NCBI GenBank assembly: GCA_051294905.1
Contig: CM119384.1
Span: 11,098,001 to 11,162,000, forward strand
DNA: 64,000 nt
Direction: 5' to 3'
From: Botryllus schlosseri
Taxonomy: Eukaryota
Shown here one piece after another: positions 14,204 to 25,142 of the stretch. Every line of letters starts with the position of its first letter. Within the stretch, counting starts at the first letter, position 1. The position numbers were made by a program, and so were the translations under genes. The notes under the pieces are model-generated. The model saw only the letters and a program-made list of their open reading frames with translations, made no database searches and was not told where the DNA came from.

Positions 14204-17200
14204 ATGTACAAAGCGATATACAAGACACACAATGCGATGCAACGCGGCGTATTCTAAGTAGCTTGCCCCAATGTGCGAGATTAACTCAATCGTTGCTGAA
14301 TAGAGTGTAATTATGTAATTATTAGGGCTGCATTTAGAACAAAAATCAATTTAAAAGATTCATGTTTAAAATAAGGCCCTTGTTTAAAACATTCTTTTAT
14401 TGTTTTTTTAGGCCATGACGTCACGAATATTCAATTGTGACACCATAGTGGATTGACTTTGACAATTAAAAATATAGGGTAAATATAGCTCCTTTGACGA
14501 AATATCTGTACTATTGTTGTTGAACCGACTATTTTGAGGGTTCCCTTCATCCCATATCGATATGCATTGGCTACACCCGGTGGTAATTGTCCGTAGGCTC
14601 ATACAACATGTTTTTGGAAGGTATTTACACAATTATGGCATAATTTTACAGCTTGAAAAAATACAGTTTTTTTAAAGGCTTTTGTTTAAAACACCGTTTG
14701 TTTTAAATGCCACCCTAATAATTATACTTGCTACTCTGTTCGAATTCGTTCAATATCTGGTTGCATTGCTGCATTTCTGCAGTTTTTAGTAGCATTGTCG
14801 CAGCCGCCTGGTAGACTATTGTATTGCAGATTACATAGCAGCCTAGGAAATAACTTTATAGCACCTATAGCGTTCCTACGCGCTACTCGCCAAGATAGAA
14901 GTCGTCACGAGGAGCTGGATTAGCTAAGTATTGTATTCGAAAAACCAACCAATTTAAAATTATTTAAATTCTCGTTCAAATCCTCGCGCTCACTTGCACC
15001 AGATTTGGTCTGCCTTGCGAAGTGCGAGCATGCGAGTGGAACATTATATAATACTACTTATTCTGGAGTAAGAATAGCATTAGTGATTGTTATTACTTTT
15101 ATGCTTACATAGTACGTGACATCGACTCACCTAGCAGTTGAATTTGAAATTGTCACGAAAAGACTTACAATGAGTGCAAGTCAATAAACGGATCTTAATT
15201 GGCCCGTTTTCGCATACATGTAAATGGTGTTGCAATGTTTTCGATTCCCAATTCCTTTTTCAAACGCATTTGATATTCACGATGTCATACTACGTTTATG
15301 CAGGTCTACTCACTGCATCTTTTCGAACCTTCTCTTCTGAATCTCGGAACTGAAGGTATACAAGTGAACTTGAAATCTGCCTCCAAAAGTCTCGGCGAAA
15401 AAGTAACATCAATAGAGAGCAACGTGGGAATTGTCTCATTCGTTACCGGTGCGTTGCGTTAGTTGGATATTTACTCAAGTTCGATAAAAATCTTTTATAT
15501 ATTTCCGCATGCATTTTAACTTTCGCCGAAATAATAATATATCTTGGTTTTCGTTTCAAATTGATACCTACCGGGCTACACTGCCGCAACTCTCTAATAC
15601 CCAAAACTTACTTAGATTTTTCTGTGACTAAACGCGGGCTCTTGACCTCAATTTTGGGTGGTTGCGTGGACTATTCAACGGCGAAATTTGGAGAGCTGAT
15701 GACTAAAATAAAAAATGTCATCACTTTCTCCCATCCCTAGTCACGGGCTGACTGGGATGCAATTGCTAATGTTCGTATCGTCCACGGGATGATTGTGACC
15801 TGTGGTGAGCACTGCAAATAAGACTTGGTCAAAAATGAGAACATATCTTTAAAATGATGGAAAATGTAGTTTTATAACCGTATTTTGAGCAGGGTTGAGA
15901 TCAATTCACTACCTTCGAGTCACGAGTCATCTCGAGTCATTGCACATTTTGACTCGATTCAAGTCAAGTCAATCGATTTTCGAAGGTGTCTTGAGTCAAG
16001 TCGAGTCAATTCAAGTCAAGTCACGAGTCAAGTCAAATTGCCTTTTCAAGTATGAGGCATGCTGACGTCATTGCATTTTGCTAGCTGTCCGACATACAGC
16101 TTGATCGGTCATTGATTTTGAACCGATGAACGAATATAGGGTTAAGTATACGGGCATGAATGCGCTGTATCGCTCACATATACGTAGAATTAAGTAATTG
16201 CATATCCTCAATTTATAGTTACCAGCCAAAATAGAGAACAGAGAAACGAATTGATGAGATGCAATACATTATACCCATTTACAAATTGATATGATACAAT
16301 TCGAGCCTGCGGCAATGGCTGAGGACTATATAACTATATTCGAATTCAATTTAAATAAAACAATAGGTTTGGTTAAGGCAAGAACAGAGAAAAGAAATAG
16401 TCATTTGGCTATTAAATTACTTTACCATACTAGCTTACGACAACATGAGCTGTAAGCTTCCATCTCTTCGTTTGCGGTCAATTTATTTGTGAGAGAACAA
16501 TGGAGGCTCAGTAAAACGCACGATCACTGAATGATTGGTCGCTCTCACGGGTTACACCAGCGTTTCACGAACAATCCGAACGTTTGCAAGATGCAGTGAT
16601 TTTTATCGACACCGATTACTTGATGACTTGAAATTGACTCGTGAATTTGGCTCCGACTCCCGAGTCAAAACAAATTTCTGATACGCCGAGTCAAGTTAAG
16701 TCAAGTCATTTTAGCAAAGTGACTCGAGTCAAGTAAAGTCATACGAAAAAGGTTACTCGAGTCTGACTCGAGTCATCCAAACACTGAATTTCAGCATAAG
16801 CCTTTTATGGACCCTCAAAATTAGTCTGCGAATCCTCAAAGGGTCTATGGATCCGGGTTGAAAATCCATGATATATATGCTGTTTTACAGCTAATTGCCA
16901 CGCAGTTCTCTGACGCTAATCAGTTGTTTAATTTAGCTTCTGGAAAGATGCATGTGGTTCCTCAGCGACAAAGCGATTATCATGATCTCTTTGGAAAGGA
17001 GCGATCGATCAAGTTAGGTGTGCCTGTTCCGCTGCAGCACGTAGCCAAGGTAAGCGCTTTTTTTCGTTGGCTACCAATCTTTGACATTTAGGTCAATTGA
17101 ACAGATACCTGCCCATTATGCTTATATTAACTATGACTGCGGCTAGTGGAAGAATTAAAATGTAGTCTTAGCGTCAAAGATGAGATTTTACTTTGGAACG

Positions 17201-20200
17201 TTCATGCTATTATAAAAACATGATTGACTTTTCTCTAATTTTGATTCTTTCGGGCTTCGCCGTCGATACAAAAAATTACTTTTAGTCAAAGGTGTTGCAA
17301 ATCATGCGTCAAATAATTCAGGTTCGCAAATGTTCCATCGGAGCGAGACATTTGGGTTTCATCGACGAATACGGCAGAGCTTTTGTATTAGGATGCAACA
17401 GATACGGTCAGCTTGGAACAGGCGACAGGATGGATAGGTCATCGCCTACGCAGGTCATGTGCCACTTGGATGTCAGGACGTTGCATTGCAGGTAGGTCTC
17501 GCCAAGCTCAGCAACATGAATGAGTAGGCTCCTAGACTCATAGCTATCGAACCTATCAGTGTATAGTTTGAAGTGCAAGAGAGTATAGCAACATGTGAAA
17601 ATAAATTCAAAAAGGTCTCTATGCAATTCAGCTTGAACCATACCTTGGCAATCGTGGAAATAGAAGGTCGCTGCGCCATATACGGCACTGGATGCGGGTA
17701 TGACGGAAGATTGCCTGGACACGGAAAGGGGAGTCTGGAATTCACGAAATTAGACATTAAGGTAATTTATATGTATTCAGAACTGACATTACCATGAAGT
17801 TTACAGTTGTGTTCTATGCATATGATGGGTAACCTCTCCATTTACTGTTCTAGGTCTCTTGGAACGCTAGACAGGTAGATGCTCATAAGGAGTGCCTATT
17901 CGTATTGTCGTGTCGGGATATCGAGGAGAAATCTCCGATCGAGAAGCGCAGATTCGGAAATGATTGTTGGACACCGAGCTCTGTTCCAGTTTACAAGACT
18001 TTTCAGGTATCGGCTCTGGAAATGGTATCTTATTTAGGGCTAAACGGCAATGGCTTAATGATGTTTTGAACTCCTCCAATTCTTTATTCCTTTTCTTTAT
18101 AACAAGATAGTGTAATGGTTAAGCACCGGCTTCTTAATCGGTAGGTCGTGGGTTCGATCCCCGGCCGGGTCAGATAAAAGACTCGATTAGTAACACTGGT
18201 ATCCGTGACTTACCTGCTTGGCGCTCATGTATTACTGGGACAGCATGGAGGGGTAGTGCATGGCTTCGAAAGCCGAACAAGGCTATATCTGTACCTTCAT
18301 TGTCCAGCGGTGCATGCACTCATGTTATGCGTATATGCATAGATTCGTGTGTGTGTCTATCATGAGTCGGTGTACACGCCGAAAAAAACACCAATGATCG
18401 AAATAAACTATGTCCTAATGGGGAATAAGGAAGTGATTCTCCTTTTGTACGCCGGCTGGCGCTATATAATCGAGATTTGGTTGCTGTCTCTATCGACGCA
18501 CCACATCAAACGTTCATGGTACTATTTCACATCATATATTCTATTCGGTCGTGGAATGACCAGACAAGGAGGATGGCTCAATGCATATAAAGTTTTCATT
18601 GATCTGGCCAAAATATACGTGACATAAACCGGTTATAGTCAGTTCCGGGATTCTGTGGACACCTAACAAATCGCCAACAACTAATGGAAGTCGGTGGTCA
18701 ATGGTCATTCATCATTCATCCACCAAACAGACCATTGTCAAGTTTGCGATCCCGCAAGAAGACAGCTTATTCCTATTTCATTTCTCATGTTCGTGAACAA
18801 CATAACCGACCATTTACAAACATGGTTGCTAAATATGCCGAATTAAATTGCTCGCTAACAATGCAAATATATATCTCAGTTTTCTTTATCCGGGCGCAGC
18901 AAATCACATATTTCGTAACGGTGAAATCAAAGTAGTTTATGCTCATTGTTCAAATTTTGAGATACATTTTTGCAACTTATATAATATCTAGTGTTCGTAA
19001 AAGTTTCATTTCTTTTTCGGCTATATCTTGGCGTTTTGTTTATCACATTGTTTCAGAGTTAATCATGTCCAAGATGTGACAGAAGTAAAATGAAAACTTT
19101 ACGTAAAGTTGATTTTCTCTGTACATAAGCTACTTTGATTCCACAGCGACGATATATTGACCTCATCCGTGTCTACTGTCTACAATTGGACGTTATGCAG
19201 TAGAACTTGTGCATTCAGGAGTGTGCTGTTTTTCATCTCGGGCGTAATAACCTTCGTTTTCATGCCCTATACGCAGGCCGTGTTATTTTTGGCATATGCC
19301 AAAACTGCCAAAAATAAGTTATTTTTGGCATTTTTCGATTTTTATTTTGGGCAGTTTTGGCATCGTCCTCTAAATGGATAGTTTCAGCCTCGAATTAGTC
19401 ACAAAAACGCTTTATTTGGGCTGGTTTGTCAAAAGGCACCGCAAAATGTGCAGCATCCACGTATAATCAGTGCCAACAAACAATAAGAAGAAAAAAATAC
19501 CCAACGATTTCATAGGTTAATAATATCAAACGAAACCACAAAATATGCAGTGTCCATCGGAATCGGTGCCAATGAGCAAAAAAAAAAGAAAAGCCTAACA
19601 AACACGCTCAACAGCTGTTTGTTACAGCTGTTGAATAGACTTAAATCGTTTGCACTGTAACAGTGCTTCCAAACTCAGGTCAGCTAAGTTTCTCCTAAAT
19701 TCATTTCTCGCCCAGCGAATCTGGGAAATATCGGCCTCAACAGTAGCCGTTGAGGGAAAGAATGTTGCCAGTCATCCACAGAAGGTTTTCAGAGCTTCGA
19801 AATCTTTGGAGGGCCGAACCGGCATCCATGCATCATGAAAAGAGATCACTTCGCCAGTGCCATCGATCTAATCGTGGAAAGAATTTTCTTCCCGATACTT
19901 TTCCAGGAGTTTCCTGTGTTGTCTCTCAACAAATTCTATGTCGTAGCCCGACTATCATTTCTCCTTCAGTCTACCGATAGATCTTCGGAGGACTTTTGTC
20001 ACTTCAGGTGGCTTTAATATTACCAACTCGCATGGAAGAGTCCTAGGAAGGTTAGCTTGTTTAAGAACATTGACGCAACAAGACTGTCTGGCAAAACGAG
20101 ACCATGCAGCTCAGAATTAGCCAGACAATTTGTTGCGTCACAATGTTCAACTTGATCACAATGCAAAAATCGTGGTTGATTTGGGGGGTTCCAGTTTCAT

Positions 20201-21140
20201 GAGCAGAATATAATTTATATTTTAATAATCAGTACTGCGGCAACTGCTCATTGATACACGTTTTATCAAATTTAGCGCTCGACAAGCCGATCAAAAATGG
20301 TCGTAAAATTGCCTTTGGACAAATGACAAGTATGACGTAAACCAAATGCAGTCAGCCGTTCAATCTCGCTGTGCCCACACCATTTAGGACACCATGCTTT
20401 CACCCCTAATGGGTGGGCTGGGCCCAGATTAAGAAACCTGCCTTTCACAAACGCTCTTATCGCTTGTAACGCGATCCTGTTAACACAACACCATGAACGA
20501 AATACACTATTTGGCAGATTGTGTTATTTTTGGCATATGCCAAAAATTGCTTATTTTTGGCATTTTCAAATTTTTATTTTTGGCAGTTTTGGCATCTGGC
20601 TGCTGAAATGCCAAAAATAACACGGCCTGCCTATACGTGACACTGATAGTTCTGATTGTAAATTTTTAAACACGTCCCCAAAATATTCTCCTCTGGCTAC
20701 CATATCGCTAATCTCGAATTGAAGTCCTGATCAAAGACCTAAAATTCTTTACGTGAAGATTCAGTACCCCTGTTCGCCCGAAACTTGAATTCGGTAGCGA
20801 AGTTTGGAATCCGTCGCCTACCTCTTGAAATCATAGACTTAATATCTTGTAGGAGCTTCTGATGGATATAAAGAAAACGGCGAAGCTCAACGACAAGGTC
20901 AAATTTTTCGAAATGATGATTAGCAAAGTGGAATCATCTATTAGAGCGAAAGAGAACAGCGCGGACTCCGACGGAAAAACGGTCGCTGAAAAAGGAAGCG
21001 CGTGCTCCTCGACGAACTCCTGTTCGGGCCTGTCTTTTTTGAAGAAAGCCGCTCATTTGTTGCAAGAAGACGCCGAGAGATTGCAGATCGATGTCGACAT
21101 ATTGAAGCGGAATGCAGAGTCGGCAAAGTCGAATACATGA
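8969..21140 (+). CDS. FBXO24: F-box only protein 24-like (F-box plus RCC1-like repeats), 13 coding exons, ~679 aa
   Basis: Exons 8969-8989, 9217-9462, 9866-10097, 12619-12778, 12921-13002, 13069-13193, 13589-13763, 15304-15448, 16937-17049, 17322-17491, 17632-17761, 17854-18006, 20853-21140. All introns are GT-AG, phases are consistent, total 2040 nt. F-box: ILDLPNEMIAILVLYLKPVDIGKLACTCK...VWRNLC. The segments HLGFIDEYGRAFVLGCNRYGQLGTGDRMDRSSPTQV, GCGYDGRLPGHGKGS and RRVFNMTF match recalled human FBXO24 HLGLVDEFGRIFMQGNNRYGQLGTGDKMDRGEPTQV, GCGAGGRLPGWPKGS and QRVFKMTF. Confidence 0.92.
10928..11348. mobile_element. hAT-type MITE
   Basis: TIRs TAGAGCCCGACCGAT / ATCGTTCGGGCTCGA; perfect 8-bp TSD GTATATTC (10920-27, 11349-56); internal CCGATA repeats. 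Confidence 0.85.
14173..14201. repeat. (AC)n microsatellite
   Basis: About 14 perfect AC units. Confidence 0.95.
14325..14715 (+). mobile_element. MITE with GGG..CCC ends and TA flank (copy 1)
   Basis: Imperfect TIRs GGGCTGCATTTAGAACAAA / TTTGTTTTAAATGCCACCC with TA on both sides; the whole body is homologous (inverted) to 42190-42608. Confidence 0.8.
15890..16786. mobile_element. hAT-type non-autonomous element with GACTCGAGTC/AAGTC subterminal arrays
   Basis: Ends CAGGGTTGAGAT / ATCCAAACACTG; degenerate 8-bp TSD ATTTTGAG vs AATTTCAG (6/8); dense (C)GAGTCAAGTC repeats at both ends. Confidence 0.7.
18100..18420 (+). mobile_element. tRNA-derived SINE
   Basis: A box TAGTGTAATGG (18108-18), B box GGTTCGATCC (18151-60), Lys-like CTTCTTAA loop, no intact acceptor stem, then a non-tRNA body (CTTACCTGCTTGGCGCTCA...) and an A-rich end. 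The 3' boundary is approximate. Confidence 0.75.
19274..20629 (-). mobile_element. Internally deleted hAT-like DNA transposon
   Basis: Perfect 22-bp TIR CAGGCCGTGTTATTTTTGGCAT; perfect 8-bp TSD CCTATACG (19266-73, 20630-37); carries a transposase remnant. Confidence 0.93.
19622..20060 (-). pseudogene. hAT-like transposase C-terminal (dimerisation region) remnant
   Basis: One reading frame with four internal stops: LPCELVILKPPEVTKVLRRSIGRLKEK**SGYDIEFVERQHRKLLEKYREENSFHD*IDG...FEALKTFCG*LATFFPSTATVEADISQIRWARNEFRRNLADLSLEALLQCK...*. PSTATVEAD-S resembles the hAT C-terminal P-(S/T)-x-x-x-x-E-x-x-x-S motif. Confidence 0.8.
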
Positions 21141-21177
21141 AGGTCGTTTCGTATGATTGCTTTGCGGTTATGGGATG

Positions 21178-21183
21178 AATAAA
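21178..21183 (+). terminator. Candidate polyadenylation signal of the FBXO24-like gene
   Basis: AATAAA 38 nt after the TGA at 21140. Confidence 0.4.
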
Positions 21184-24100
21184 TTTTGCGATGTCAATAT
21201 TTTATGGTGAGGTTAGTGTGCGCTTGCAATGCAAAGGGCCTGAGACGGATACAAAGTTTCAAAACGGCGATTGATTGGGGAATATGACGAAATTATAGAA
21301 CTGTTTGGACTAACGGGTTTTGCAAAACGGCATTATCATTGGTATATATTGGATACTCGCGTGACTATTAATTTCCATGTCAATTTTGAACCAATCAAAC
21401 CCGTCATACTCATGCACTGAATATCAACGCGAAATTAATTTTTTTCATATTTGTCTCCTCATACGTGGCATGAATACGTTTGTATAGAGACATAGAGTGC
21501 TTTATAGACGGCAGTGGTACGTGTGGGACATGGCCTTTGACCTTTGCCAATGCCGAACACAACGACACTTGTAGGTAGGATGTACCATTTTCGCCAGCGG
21601 ATTTTAGTCAGATTCTTTAATTGATTAATAGTGACTGCTTGACTTTACTAAGTACAGTTCCATTTAAAGTCAAATTACATTACTTGTTATCGAAAATTTT
21701 GGGATTTGCAAATTTCATGACCGAATGGGTGCCTCAACGATGATGTCACGAGTTATTTTTTTTTATCTAATGTCGGTAAGGAATGCTGATTTAGCAAAGC
21801 AATATTTCGGGCCTATGCTACCTTTGACTTACTCTTGACTGCATATTTACATTTACGCAATCAATCTTCGCTGGTATACTGGTTTTGGTGATCATAAAAG
21901 CAATGAATTCTTGTATTCGAGACACTAAAGTAAAGCGCACCATGAAATATCGACTTTCTCGATTATATATCATGAAATGTCCTATATTATGCGAGGAGAA
22001 AAGGAATTTGGCAAACACAACATACGTTGCCAGAAGGTAATATGAGTATGTAACAACTGACCACAGTGACCAGTGACCAATGACCATCTTCTCGACGTCC
22101 CGTAGGCGTGAGCACACTTTTAGGCGGACGCCTTAGAAAATGGCAGTTTTTATACAACATAATCAAAAGAGAGAACGCCGTATATTTGACTGGCGAACGC
22201 AAACATCGGATCTTCAAACAGCTGCGCACAGTGCGCGAGCATTGTGCCGTACAATATAAACATGTCCCGAAATCGTATTAAAAGTTGTGAAAAGGGGCGA
22301 AGGCGCCTTTTTATATTCTCCAGCAGTTCCGCGCTGTACAAACTTACACAATCTGGATTAGAGCGTTTATTTTATAAATATAATTTTTGTAATGTATCCG
22401 TCTTCGAGTACGAGAGAGGCTGCGAGAGACTTCGGTGGTAGTTCGCTCGGGTTTTGATTGTTTCTCAAGTCTGCCGACACGGCACAGCTTCTGCCAGAGC
22501 CCCGTCGGTAGCGCGATTGATGAACTGATTGCAAGTGTAGCCGCTTCTTCGAAACGATAAATAAGGGATTTGTGTACCGTCGCTGCGAACGCTCATTTTC
22601 CTCGCATCCTTGAATCATGACTGTTGCGATAGGTGTCGCATGTTCTTTTCGCTTGAAAGGCTCACTGTATACACAGATTAGGCTTATGCTAAGATCATGG
22701 GTGCACTGTACGACGTACGTACAGAGATAAGCTGCTCGCGATAACGTCGACCTTGAATAGTAGCCATAGATGAAGAGAGCCAGAGCAAAAGCGAAGACGT
22801 CCATACCGCAAAGCCCATGAGCAGATAGCAGACTGGAATCGTCCCGATGTAGGTAGGTCAGGAAGAGTTTACGACGTTCAAATGTTCAGTAACTGACTCT
22901 TTAGCGTTGAAGCAAATGAGGCGATATGTATTTCGATTGTAGATCATCTGACAGTTCTCGTGTACATGTGACTGTTGTGAAACACTATGCGTCGCGTCGC
23001 GTATGTAATAAAATAAAGCAATTATGTAGATCCGGTAAATCCACAGTTGAAGTCACTCTAGTGGCGAACAATTGTTTACTATTACTAGTCGGTGTTTACT
23101 GATATGGATTAGAACTAGAATTGCTGTACGGATTTGTTGACTCGATTGTCCTTACAGCTTGAAGCCGGGCCTCCATAAAAGAGGATATGATTTCTGATCG
23201 GTTTACTCAGCAATAAAATTTCCAAATATTTGAAGGCGTCGATGCAGTAACTAACTCGCTGCTAGCTTGATGTCATTCTGAAGTTGAAACGTGTTCCCAC
23301 GATAGCAACGAATATAACACATTGCAGACAGCATAATCAATGACGATTGGTCCTACGGAGATAGCGAAATCATTCGAATAAGAAATGTAGCACAACAAGA
23401 TCGTTCCGCTTGAAATTACATGAGTTTAAGTTATGTCTACGTCGTCACCATCAAATCAAATTCTAAATCTATGCCGACTCTACCAACGTTGAGACGGTGA
23501 TAGGAGCCCACCGCAGATTTGAGTCGCATTTTGTCTGGCTTTCCGTGGCGTCGAACGGGCAAGTAGATCAACGAATAGACTTCGTGTTCAGTGTTCACGT
23601 AACCTGACCGTGCTCGTGTTCGTGTTGCTTGAACATAGGTTATAAACCGCTTCGAACCGGTAGGCTGCTAATCATTTGTTTGTTACCGATTGACTTGAGT
23701 TTGCTCAAATCCGTGTTGTTTGAAGCTCCCTCGCGGCAAATACTTTCAGATACTAGTAATGTTACCAGGAGACTGTTTCATGCTTGATGAGTTTTGTCAA
23801 GAAGATAGTGTTGCGTGTTGCTCTCCGAGTGTCGGCAATATGTGAGATTTCTGCTTAGGTAGTCCTACGACGCATTCAGAAGATTAGAATCAATCTTAAG
23901 TTTTGCGGGAGTTCGTCGTAGAATTCAGAGAGGAAGAGCTGGCGAAGTACCACTGCAGGTCACCTGTCGCTTGCTATGGCGTTGCGGTACTTGACACTTC
24001 AACACAGTTCATTGGCATCATTATGAGTCATTACAAGTGGAGTTACTGCCGTGTAGGCAATGAGTTCGTATATATCCAATATCCAGTAAAATATTCTGAT

Positions 24101-25142
24101 CCTCTGCCGTATTCGGATGTTCGTAATGTTCCGATTTCTATGAATGGACGGATCATGCGACAGCAAAATCTCAAACCGCATCAAAATCAAGCAACTATAC
24201 ATGAAACTGTTCTGTTCGGCGAATGCATCAGAAACCTCCCGAGCTAGTGGCGTAGTCACCCTCTTCTAATTTTCGACTTGGCCCTTGCAACGGACTCTTT
24301 GTTTACTCAATCATAATGAATTTGTGATTTTACTTCTTTGTTTAGAACTATCCCCTGGAATTTTTATTCACCTCCTCCGAATTTTCGTCCTGGTCACTCC
24401 TGCGTTTCTGACGTGCTACTCCTAGTTCAAGAGTCAGCTTGAAAATTCACGCGGCCTCCGTGGCCTTTTCCAATTCCCCTATTTCCTAAGGGAGCAATTA
24501 TGCTATCAAAATCACTCGATACGTAAATCATAGATGAAAATACATGTAATGTAACCTCCATCGTAAGTCGCTAATTACACGGGATGGCGTTATTACAATT
24601 TATCTATAGGAATGTAATGTCTACAACAGGTTTGTTGAAGTTCGAAATTCCGCAGCTGATAAAATTCCCCAACGAGTTAGAACATTCCTGGACAGTGGTC
24701 AGTTGAGTGTCAAGTTTCCAGAATATCTGTCAATGTGATTCAATTCACTTGTACGTGCCCTATGGAGCACATAATGATGTTTATATGTAGTCCTGCCCGC
24801 CTCGAATATAGCTCGTATATGTAGCAAATGGCATTCAGTCAAGAAATCGGCAGTTACGTTTTAATTTGACGACGATTTGAAATACATTACTTCGGTTACT
24901 ATTACAGTAATAGTGAGCATTATCGCATACCACACGATGGTCATTTATAAACTTAATGAATCCTAGTATTTGTTCCCAGATGTCACTATTCAAAAATGTA
25001 CATCCTACATTGTCACGCCTATAGCTTTAGCTCGATGCTGTGACAGCAGCCGAGACATACGATCGAGTGCCTACCGAGTTTGAAATTTGATAGTACGCCA
25101 AATTTTTGGATCTAATGGACACGCGCGGCGGAGATAATTAAA

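Noticed and set aside
15890-16050. CRISPR-like repeat array
   Set aside because: Eukaryotic context, no constant-length repeat-spacer structure, no cas genes; these are MITE subterminal repeats.
17567-17631. Alternative FBXO24 splicing (donor 17453 to acceptor 17566) adding FEVQESIATCENK...
   Set aside because: Donor 17491 to acceptor 17631 gives QVMCHLDVRTLHCSLNHTL, which matches the family motif (QVCYLQRPITLWCGLNHSL) much better.
18106-18172. tRNA gene
   Set aside because: No complete acceptor stem, an irregular anticodon arm, and it continues into a SINE-like body.
23903-24247. 114-aa ORF upstream of the FReD gene
   Set aside because: Non-ATG start, no homology recognised, no convincing splice sites.
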